From Phoronis australis (lineage: Eukaryota; Animalia; Phoronida): a DNA stretch of 64,000 nt. A program made the translations under genes and the position numbers. The DNA is taken from positions 377,555-441,554 of the forward strand of contig NMRA01000273.1 of NCBI GenBank assembly GCA_002633005.1, written 5' to 3'. Below, in pieces: positions 29,101 to 41,100 of this stretch; positions within the stretch are counted from its first letter, which is position 1; the number at the start of each line of letters is the position of its first letter. The notes beneath the pieces are model-generated. The model worked only from the letters and a program-made list of their open reading frames with translations. It made no database searches and had not been told where the DNA came from.

Positions 29101-32100
29101 ATACTCTTTCTACAATTCGTTTTTAACGAACACGGCTACAGAACTTGTAACACACGCGTGTTTGTGGATGGTATAACCATTAAATAACTGTATCGCGGTC
29201 GAACTACCGTTCAGCATTGATCGTGATGTGGTGGTCTTAAAAAGTTCTTGATAGTTCTTGTTGAAAATAGAGGAAATTTTGAAGCAAAAACGTTTGGTAA
29301 ATTTTCAACAATTTTAATGTCATTTTTAGCCTGTCTTCCCATTCCAGATTTTCGCCATGATGTTTGACAAAAATCGTTAACTCTTGAAATCGGCGTCATT
29401 TTTCGTTTGCATTTCATCGGGATTTTCGCTTTACGACAAAAAGTATGTGCTTGAACACGGCTACCCGTTGCTCTCATTTTGAAACGGCAAAAAAACGACG
29501 AATCTTTACAGCTCACACAAGGCTCACAATGCCCACAAGAACGGATTACTTAGAATACTGTGGCACTGTGCAAATTAGACCGTTGTGGATTCATAAATTC
29601 GTGAAATTTGTTACTTTCTCAGGAATTTTAACTCGAGTTCACTGATATTCCATGCTAATTTTTGGGTATTTATTGTGAAATTATCAGTGTAAATTAAATT
29701 ATTAACAGCTATAAAATTCAAAACGAAGGAAGCCGCTTTACCGGGTAGTAATACTAAAAGTTACTTCAAACTCGGCTGATCTCAGTGACTGAAGCGATCT
29801 CGGCTAAAACATCACCGATATTTACGGAGAGAGCACGTACGGAGGTCAAAACTTTATGAAGCTTTCGAATCTTCTGTTAGTTTAAATCCATCAGGACAGT
29901 GAAAAAGTGAAAACAGACGTGTTGTTTCGTTAGGCAATTCTTATCTTAACGCCCTCAGCTAAATGTGCATTAGTGCGAAGTTGTAGGTTTCCAGCTACGG
30001 TACCGTAAATAAAGGCATTATTCTGTGGTTTACTCAGGAATTTCGACCGACCCGAAAATGAGGGGAGGATTTTCGGGCCGGTCTATCACGACCAAAACGC
30101 ATCATGTTGGTGATCATATCATGTGTCATGTGATTGAAGTCTATTGGTTGAATTACATTACTGTGAAGTACTACGGCTGCAAGGCAGAGGATACACATTT
30201 TATGTCCCACTTGCGTGAAGAACATGACTGGATTATCTGTGTTGGGCACTAAGAGACGTTAGCTGGGCTGTTCTACAAGAGCCCATTAGCTACGTGCATT
30301 TCTCTAAGACACCTAATTTGAAAGCCATATATTGCACGTGGCAACAACTGGCTGAATGAGTTAGGACATTTTACAGCCTTGCATATATTCTGTGACGGGT
30401 CCACCTGCTACTCAGGCAATATTACACTTATAGTGACTATTTCAAAGAGGTCTTTATGAAACGTAATGTATAATAGTAATAATAGTAATAATAGTAGTAA
30501 TGGTGGTAATAGTAATGGTAGTAAGGGTAATAATAGTAATAACGGTCATGATAACGGTAATGATAAGAGTAACAATAACGGTTATAACTGCAATGATATA
30601 TTGTGGTTCTCATGGCATTTTTGGAATCCAATGTGACAAAATTCCTTGCATATCTGTTGCCTTGTGCTAGCAATTATAAGTACTAGTTTGTGCTCATGCT
30701 TTTTTATTCACTATATTTTCAGAGGCTAGACCTCCGTCATTAAAGAAAGCCGTCTCTCAAGGTGACTCCATTTATTTATTCTGGAATCCACCTGATCAAC
30801 CTTGCAGTAGAATTATGCAGTATGTCGTCTCGTATATGAACACAAAGAAGAGCAAGCCCAAAAATTGGACCAGTCTATATGTTAACGGTATTGCCCGATA
30901 TATGATCATATTTACTGTTACTTGACATTGCTGTGTTATGCATGATGTTTCTAACAGTATGTCACTTATACCTGTTCATGGACTTTGTGGCAAGTTTGTT
31001 CTAGCTCAAGCCGAACTTAGTTCTCATCAGATTCACATTAATCCTTGATGTTTACTTGGTCTCAGCTTTTTTTCTGATGCAGTGAAAAAGTGTGAGATTG
31101 TCATTAGGTTATTTAGGTTCATGTGTTGAAGTCTGTGCTAAGTGTTCACTATGGCCATCATGTACATACCATCAGTAATATCCTTACAAGGGAGTCACGC
31201 ATTTCTAAAGATGTGCAGGAATTTTCACCGCTTGTTCTTCTGAGCAGCTTTTACCAGGATCATAGAGAGCGTGGCGTTGGGGTCGGATACAGTTGTGGTG
31301 ACCCCATTGTCCGGTGCGAGCAAGACCCAGTTTAGTGTAATTACCCAACCATGAACTGTAGTAAACATCTCTGCCTGTACATAATGACAAATTTTCAAAA
31401 TGCATTGACCAATGATTTTCCTAAAGAACGAACACCATGGAGGTATTCAGCTGTAAAAAGCAACCAAGTAAGGTTTTTGATTTTTAAAAATTGATGAACT
31501 AATAACTTAAGCTAAAATCTACAAATAGTGTCCCTAAGATTTTTAAATTCCTGTGGTGGAGTTAGGTATAACTGAAGATTAAGTCCAAATCTGCGTTCCC
31601 GGTAAGAAAATAATGAAAGCGCACCGAGGAGCAAAACTTGGCGAAATTAACAGAAAAGACGACGACAGAGATGATGACGAAGATGACGGATATGACTACG
31701 ATGGTGGCGATGATGAACAACACGAGTAATGATAGCATTCAAATGACGAAGGTAGAGGTCAGAAATCAGTAAGAAATAGGATGCAGTCTTTAGCAACACT
31801 TGGCGAAATTAACTGAAAAGACGACGACGGAGATGATGACGAAGATGACGAATATGATGGTGATGGTGGCGATGATGAAAAACATCGTAACATTCATGTA
31901 ACAAACTTAGACGTCATAAATCAGTAAGAAATGGGCTACAGTCTTGTTCAATAGAAGATAGAACATCAATGTAACAAGAGCGCTCAACAAAGGAACAGTG
32001 CTATCAGAAAATCTCGGATAATTCAAAAAGTAGACGTCTTACCAAAAAATAAAAAATATCTTCTGAAAGCTCATTCAAAACTCTAAGTTTCGCAACATTC

Positions 32101-35100
32101 CGTAAATTTTTCGAAAAAATTGGAATTCTGCGTTTTTTTGAAATTCAAAGTCAAATAACTCGAAAACGGTAAGTCTGAGAAAAAACTGTTATAGTTCATT
32201 TGAAAGAACATACTTCAGAGAATGCACATGCAAAAATCACGTCATTTTCTCTTCCCGTTTAAAATGGCATCCCAGCACGACTGAAAATGGGTCAACATGC
32301 GCCAGATCCGCCATCTTGGAAGCAACTTCCAGTTTTTTAGCCTTGCATAATAGGGTGTCATATAAAACTAACTTTTAAAAAATTTTGAAGCAATTGGTCT
32401 TATAGTGCGCCCTCTACAGGAGAAAAATTTTTTTGCCCAAAATCGAAGTGCGCATGCGTAATTGCCGCCATCTTCAACCGGAAGTAAATTATTTCTGTTG
32501 TAATTGTAGTATATGCATAGTTGCATATTTGTGCTGATTTTCAACTGGATACGTCAAAAATTGCGGCCTCTATGAGCAACTGAATCAGAAGTCGGAAACA
32601 AAATGGCCGCCTTATCCGCTATCTTGGATCTGATCATGACCAAAAACGGTAGGCTTCCAGTACTTCTGGAACTACAAGTTGTGTAAAATTTTCGTGAAAA
32701 TCGGACAAAAAATGCAACCTGAAGAGTGCGAACAAACAAAATGAAAGCGCTCCGAGGAGCGAATCTTGGCGAAATTAACCAAAAAAAAACACGTTAGAGA
32801 TGACCAGAAAAGACGACAACAGAGATGATGACGAATATGACGGCTATGACGACGATGGTGGCAATGATGGACAATGCAAGTTATGATATCATTCATATGA
32901 GGAACGTAGAGGTCAGAAATCCTAAGAAATAGGCTGCAGTCTTGAGCGACATTTGGCGAAATTAACTGAAGAAAAGATGATGACGAAGATGACGACGAAG
33001 ATGACGACTATGATGACGAAGATGACGAATATGATGACGATGGTGATGATGCTGAACAACATCTGTGGCACTAACCTGTTCATCACCTTATAATCTTAAT
33101 GATCAACTGCCTTTAATTATTTTTATGTATGCATTCATGTACTTTTAAGTGCATTTACGTGACATGTTAATCCCATCTCTCGTTCACCTTGTGACAACAT
33201 TTTCATGAAAGTTTCCAAAAAAGCTGGTTGCTGACTTTCTAATGTGTTTCAGCTACCATGCACAGTACTGTTATCCGTAAGCTAGAAAAAGGAGATTATG
33301 CTATCTGCCTACAGTCGGTGACGATGGGTGGTGTTGGGCCACCTGGGCTTGTCACTTTGGTTGCTGTGGCTGTGCCTATAACTACAACAACCAGTAGTGC
33401 AGGTACGTCTACACATATAGGGTCCTCTGTTGTTGAGGCAGTTATGTACGTCTGACCACTCAGTAATTCTTTCAGCCGAGTTCAACAACTCTGGGATAAA
33501 GATTGTTACCGTTGTGAATGTCGCAATTTTTTTGGCAAAATATTTTGTTGCTTTTTAGCAACACAGCTTATATCAGTATACCGCCACCGTCAAAAAAGTG
33601 AGGGAATGATTTGAAGGTTAAGTTACGGTCAGGTTTCGTAACGGCATTTTTTCGTTGCTCCCAACTTATTCGATTCTATAGCCCAACAACAAGTTGGGAA
33701 GTTTACCCCCTGTAGCCAATAACTTACACATTTGATTAACTTCATTCTGGCATTTATGGTTGGAGGGCCAGCTCTCTTTTGTTCAATAATTGCTCTAATC
33801 TCCCATAAGATCCTATCTACCCTGACTGGGCTGTGCTGTCAAAAATAAAAGTTAAGTTATAACATATTTGAACACATGAGGGTCAGCCCTCTCAGCGAGC
33901 GACCGCTTCGCTCTCCCAGTTGCCCGCGGTCGCTCATGACAAAGCCGTCCTAACAATAGCCCTATAGTGAGCCAGCCAACCACACAAATCGCTTGTGCAG
34001 TATTACGTAAGCATTAACTAGGCCTTGAGCAGACACCAGAATAGAAGTTTCAGATATTGTAACCCAAGGCGGTTGAAACCAGGCGTGCGTTCAGTAGACG
34101 CTAGGACCTACGCTAGGACCTAGCTAAAACCTAGTCAAAGTCACGTGCTCTCATTAAAATACACGGCCATATCTCACGTAATCTCGCGAAGTCTTGCTTT
34201 TTAGCGAGGTCCTAGCGTTACTGAACGGGAGGCCGGTCTCCGAAACGGGTGAAATCGGAAGCTAAGATTCATAAAATTTACGCTCTGTGACGTATATGTA
34301 ATCTATGAAAGACTTTCAACAAAACTGTGGTGCATTGCTATCAAACTTTGCAGCTAAATTACGACCATTTTACAGAAAATTGTGCTGAAATTCCAGGGCG
34401 AAAACTCGCCGACTGACTGCCTCGAAATCGCCGTCTTCGATATGGCGATTTCAATGATTGAATAAAAATGGTTTTGACTCAAGCAAATTACCTAAAATCC
34501 TCATTAAGTTTTATAAGTAGCATCTCTAAGATTTTTTAAGTTCCCGTGGAGTCTGGATTAACGGCAGGTTTAAATACAAATCTGTGCATCTACATGTATG
34601 ATCGGCAACACGGCGAGAAAAATGTCTGGACGAACAAACATGTTGTCACGTGACGTTTGTTTTGAAGTTCGTCTGCGAATAAGCGAGCGCGTGCGTGTCA
34701 CCAGAGTTCATTTGCCAAAGCAGAGACCGTCTTTTGGCCAGAGGCACGCACTCTAACTAGCTAGATGTGTCTAAAGAAATTTGCACAGGCAGTAGGCCTA
34801 AACCAGAGCGTGTTTCATTCAGCACTCGCCGGTCTCGTGCTAAAAACTTTCGACATTTGTCTCGGTAAGGCCCATATTAGTCGCCGTGTAGCTGGATGCG
34901 TACGTAACTATCTGACAGTTATTTTTCGGTGTAAGGGTGTGTAAGCATTCACTGTCAGTTGTCACTTTATCGGATGTTCGGCTTAAAAACACCAATTATG
35001 GTTAATCAAACAATACATCTCAAAAATAACGCAAACATGTTTTATAGTATTAGAAATTGTCGGAAATTAGTGCCAATATTCATTTCTTATCGATGCTATG

Positions 35101-38100
35101 CTACCCGTTTCATGAATGGAAAATTCCCGACTAAGGTCTTTGATGACAGGTTCATGTATGTAGCGCGCGCGCTTCCTGGCCACGTGCGTTTAACACCGAG
35201 TTATTTTTATTCATGAGACAGTCGATGTGTCTACCGAAAGGTCAGACCATAGAGTGGGACACGGTCGTCGCGAGAGAGTAGCAACGCTGTTGCGTTCTTT
35301 TTGAAGCGCTGCGTTACTTTGAAGTGTAAAGTCACGGCTAAATACAAACGTAGCAGTGCCGCTGTTGGTCTAGAAGACCCGTGCAAAACTTTTTTGATAA
35401 ATTGAAGACGTTACTGTAGCCGAGTTTTAGGACTGTAGGTACGTCATTGTTCCCGTGTACACGTTCATGGACTGGGCGCTTATTTCAGCAAAGTCTGAAA
35501 ACGCGTGGGGGGCGCTTATATAGGGGCATGGGCGGTTATTACGGCGAATACGGTACATACAGTCGTTGAACGGCGAAAATTGATGCCCAACTTGCCGAGA
35601 AACAAACCTTGTCGTCACTCAGACTAAACGAAAAGTCCGAGAAAAGGAGACAGAAGTCCACTAAAAAAAGATGCATACGCACAGTTCTGATAGGTGGTAC
35701 CCCGTTCTTTTAGTCCTCTCGATTTTTTTGTCCACATGGACAGAAATTCGAGCCCCCCCATTTTCAAGGCTGGGCGCGCGCATGCTCGCGATTGATTAGT
35801 CTTCTAATGGGATCAGAGAATTGTACTATCTCAGTGCACAAATGTCCTACGTATTTTAAATCAAGAGTAGCGTGAATTTGACACCAGTTACTTATTTCTG
35901 GGGAGTTTTGAGACTGCTCAGACGATGCATCATGTGGCGTACGAACTTGGAATTTTAAAAACACTATCAGAATAGGTGGCCTTTGAATAGTAAAAAACTT
36001 ATGACTTTAAAAATACTGCTCTGTTTTGGCCCTAGCTATGATTATGGTATTCGTGAAACATCCTTTTACAACGAACATTTCAAATGTTTAAACTTCCAAC
36101 AGCCATCATCTCTTACTCGGGATAAGCGCGCTTCATGCTATCAGAGGGAAATGAAGTGTAATATTTATACTTGGGCCGAAGTTCTTCGAAAACACTGCCA
36201 ACTGAAATGGACATAGATATCTAAGCTTGGCCAGCTAAAGGCTGAAAGTAGTGCTTTCCCTTGTGGTGTAGCTTGGTCTTTAGTAACAGGCAGAGGAATG
36301 CCTATTGTTACCCAAGCCTACAGTTTAAACATCTCCACAATAGCCCTTTATTATGAAAGTCAATGCAGGCACAATAGGGTAAGGTATACAAAATCAGATA
36401 AGAGATAATGATCCCCTATAGCAGAGCTGAACAGGCTGACCGATATGATAAGCCCATAGCATTTCTGAAATCTTCGTCAAATGGTGATCATGTTTAGTTT
36501 TTGAATCGCTAAAATCGCCCACCTGAAGCCGAAGTTGGACACTCTATTCTTTCCGAATATAGGCCTACATGTACCAATTCACTTTGGGTTTGACTGTGTT
36601 CACATCTGGCCTGTAATAAGCCTGGTAGGTAATTGGCCTGCTTGTTGTCATAGCAGACAAAAGAGTGTGCTTGGCAGTTATCAAAGAAGCCAGATGTTAT
36701 CACACCTTCAGAAGCCCCTACATCTGGTGAAGTCACTGAACAGGAAAATGCTGTCATGTGTTCTTGCCATTTTTTTCACTTGGGACGCCGGTTATAACTG
36801 CTATAATCCAGTTATGTTTGCTGGTACATCTAAAGTGAACTTTGTGTTCATTGCAGCCGTAACGCCTGGAACTGGAGACAGGATGAAGAGCACTAATTTT
36901 AGCCAGATGATGGGGGCCATCATAGGTCTGGGTATAGGACTGGGCTGCCTGGTCATCTGTGCTTTCATCATCCTGTGTATGAAGAGGTAACCAGATGAGT
37001 GGTGGACACAGTGATACTCAGTCGGCCATTTCCTTGCAGTTGAAATCTTCCTGTCTGACAAGATGTATCCTGAATAATACTGTATAGTGTAATTTTGCAT
37101 ATCAGGATTTTCCTTTCCTGATTGGTTAGCTGGAGTTAGTTTGTGAATGACTGACCAATCAAAAACATGCTTACTTGGCTCTGTCAGTTAAATCATTAAT
37201 ATGTCGTATAAATATGTTTAATTGTGCATTTTTGTATAGGTGCATAATTAGCCTCATCAAAATACTTGGCTCAACACAGCAACTGAGGCTAATAATGTGA
37301 CCCATATAAAAACATGTAGCATTTATATATCAAACCTTATACATGTGTTACAGTGTACTTCTCTAGACTCGAGCTTTCGCTCAGGATGTTGGGCTTATTG
37401 TCATGATCGTCATTAATAAGGTCATGACGGAGCCTGTTTCATTGCAGGTCTCGCTGCTGTAGTTCACCGTCGGCAAACCATCCACACTGTGCTGTCAAAG
37501 GTGGTAGCGTTGCCAACGAACACTGTACCCATGGTGATGGATTGTCCCAAGCTGGCTCCTTAGAGTTAGTCACCAAGGTAACAAAAGAAGAAGATTTGTA
37601 CAAACACAGGAAAGGTCACTCGCGTGTAATTCTTTTGAAAACAGGTCTCGTTATTTCCTACTTTTTGTCAATGCGATACTTTTCTATTCCGTATGGAATA
37701 CAATATGCTAAAAAAAGAAATTTTATCTTCTCAGTTTTTACTACCAAATGAATATTATGAAAGATTATTGAATTATCAGGATACATTGTGAAAAGTTGGC
37801 GATAAAATTTGAACATTTGGAACAATTTCATATGTTTAGCCATAATTTTTGTCTCAAATAGAAGTAGAAATTTTGAAGTTTCGCTTACTAAAATGATGCA
37901 ACCATTTCAAAGTGGGACATAGTGTTGATAAACAAGAGCTGAATAAGACTAATGGATCTCCCCAAATGTGATTCTCATGGGATGGCATATTCTTTAAAGG
38001 TTATGAAGGCATTCCACTAGCCCACCAAGTGTTGCCATCTGGTGGATGGGCATGAGCTGTCTTACAACATCTCTGTGGCGCTTTTTATTGCCCATCTTAC

Positions 38101-41100
38101 CAGAGATTACCTGTTATACTTATTTACCTGTATTCATTTTATTGTAATTGTACTAGGCTCTTGGCTCTTATAGGCTGATGATTGTCACGTGTCTTTAGGG
38201 GCGTTTTACTTTGTTATTGTAACCTCGCTTTCNACCTTTGTCAGGTAAACATACAGAGCTGTCTTACCTTTGTCAGGTAAACATACAGAGCTGTCTTACC
38301 TTTGTCAGGTAAACATACAGAGCTGTCTTACCTTTGTCAGGTAAACATACAGAGCTGTCTTACCTTTGTCAGGTAAACATACAGAGCTGTCTTACCTTTG
38401 TCAGGTAAACATACAGAGCTGTCTTACCTTTGTCAGGTAAACATACAGAGCTGTCTTACCTTTGTCAGGTAAACATACAGAGCTGTCTTACCTTTGTCAG
38501 GTAAACATACAGAGCTGTCTTACCTTTGTCAGGTAAACATACAGAGCTGTCTTACCTTTGTCAGGTAAACATACAGAGCTGTCTTACCTTTGTCAGGTAA
38601 ACATACAGAGCTGTCTTACCTTTGTCAGGTAAACATACAGAGCTGTCTTACCTTTGTCAGGTAAACATACAGAGCTGTCTTACCTTTGTCAGGTAAACAT
38701 ACAGAGCTGTCTTACCTTTGTCAGGTAAACATACAGAGCTGTCTTACCTTTGTCAGGTAAACATACAGAGCTGTCTTACCTTTGTCAGGTAAACATACAG
38801 AGCTGTCTTACCTTTGTCAGGTAAACATACAGAGCTGTCTTACCTTTGTCAGGTAAACATACAGAGCTGTCTTACCTTTGTCAGGTAAACATACAGAGCT
38901 GTCTTACCTTTGTCAGGTAAACATACAGAGCTGTCTTACCTTTGTCAGGTAAACATACAGAGCTGTCTTACCTTTGTCAGGTAAACATACAGAGCTGTCT
39001 TACCTTTGTCAGGTAAACATACAGAGCTGTCTTACCTTTGTCAGGTAAACATACAGAGCTGTCTTACCTTTGTCAGGTAAACATACAGAGCTGTCTTACC
39101 TTTGTCAGGTAAACATACAGAGCTGTCTTACCTTTGTCAGGTAAACATACAGAGCTGTCTTACCTTTGTCAGGTAAACATACAGAGCTGTCTTACCTTTG
39201 TCAGGTAAACATACAGAGCTGTCTTACCTTTGTCAGGTAAACATACAGAGCTGTCTTACCTTTGTCAGGTAAACATACAGAGCTGTCTTACCTTTGTCAG
39301 GTAAACATACAGAGCTGTCTTACCTTTGTCAGGTAAACATACAGAGCTGTCTTACCTTTGTCAGGTAAACATACAGAGCTGTCTTACCTTTGTCAGGTAA
39401 ACATACAGAGCTGTCTTACCTTTGTCAGGTAAACATACAGAGCTGTCTTACCTTTGTCAGGTAAACATACAGAGCTGTCTTACCTTTGTCAGGTAAACAT
39501 ACAGAGCTGTCTTACCTTTGTCAGGTAAACATACAGAGCTGTCTTACCTTTGTCAGGTAAACATACAGAGCTGTCTTACCTTTGTCAGGTAAACATACAG
39601 AGCTGTCTTACCTTTGTCAGGTAAACATACAGAGCTGTCTTACCTTTGTCAGGTAAACATACAGAGCTGTCTTACCTTTGTCAGGTAAACATACAGAGCT
39701 GTCTTACCTTTGTCAGGTAAACATACAGAGCTGTCTTACCTTTGTCAGGTAAACATACAGAGCTGTCTTACCTTTGTCAGGTAAACAATCCATACACATT
39801 CATCAGAAGAACAGCAGTGCTAGTACCAAAAAAAACATTTGTAACTCGTGTAGCAAAATTTGCAAGTACCCTCTCAATATGACTTCTTCCGACCTATGAC
39901 CTTTTTTGACTTCAATTGGCCAAAAGTTTATGACTAAGTTAGAGGTAATACAGATTATGAATCTGGTAAATCAGTGTAGAACACGTTCATCTTTATTTGG
40001 CTTGTTAGTGGAGTAAAGAATGTTTACCTTACCTTGACCCATGTGCCCCAAACTTCACTCCATACCTAGAAAATCGAGCAATCACATTCTGATAGAAACT
40101 TTACTTGAAGTAATTGCCATGTAATTAATCAATTGTCTAACGAGGCCTTGAGTAAAGATTGGTGTTCACGAGCTCTTGTTTGTGTTGTATTTCATGCCAT
40201 GGATCATAATTTTACAACAATGGTGAACTAGAAATGTGAAGAGTGTGGAAAGTTTGTCTTGGGAAAATGTGGTGTGCTGAGAGTCTGGACAATGTTGAGT
40301 CAATTTTTATGTGCCCACATATACGTGAATGGTCACATATTGCCATCACCTGGATCCAGCGTCCGCTGTTGTATCTTTAAAATTCTTTGGAGGCTCTTCA
40401 TGAAAGTTAATTTGGCAGATGTGCTGCTGTGGAGATGACGGTAGATGCTGTCAACTTTCGGAAGGATCTGATTGTTAGTGACAACCTTTTCCCATTTTCG
40501 AAGGAATTTGACATATTCTGTGCTACCTTGTGGGAATTTTTGTGCACCCACGTATATTTGGGTGCATAATTGTCGCCATCTCTCTGGAATCTTGTGTCCG
40601 GGCATCCAGTGTCCCCAGCTGTATCTCCTAAACCTCTTGCAGGATCCTAACGAGAAGGATGTGTTTCTATGAGGCTGACAACATGTGATGACGAATTTCG
40701 GACCAATCCAAGTACCACAGTTTGTGCCCCTGAGTGGCAATTTTAGTATTTTATTTTTGCCTCAGTATCTTCAAAGTTCCTTAATAGATTTTCATGGAAT
40801 TTGGAAGGTGGGTTAATCTATTAAGGAGATGACAACGCCTTCCAATTTTTAACGGATTTGACGTATTGTGCATCATCTAGTGGGAATTTTGAGTCTGTTT
40901 TTGAGCCTCTCTATCTGCCAAACCACTCAAAAGGTCATTGTGAAAATTGACAGATGTGTTTCTGCATGATGAGAAGTCCGTGACTGATGTTGATTTTCGG
41001 ACGGGTTCGACCACTTTGACGCCCCTAGTGGAAATTTTTTGCATCTACAGCTCCTAAGCCCATTGCAGGATATTTGTGAAATTTGGTGGATGTGTTCTTT

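Noticed and set aside
30437-30673. Tyr/His-rich ORF
   Set aside because: Translation of a trinucleotide microsatellite.
38234-39787. CRISPR-like appearance (32-bp partly palindromic repeat)
   Set aside because: No spacers, no cas genes, and it lies in an intron of an animal gene; it is a tandem satellite.
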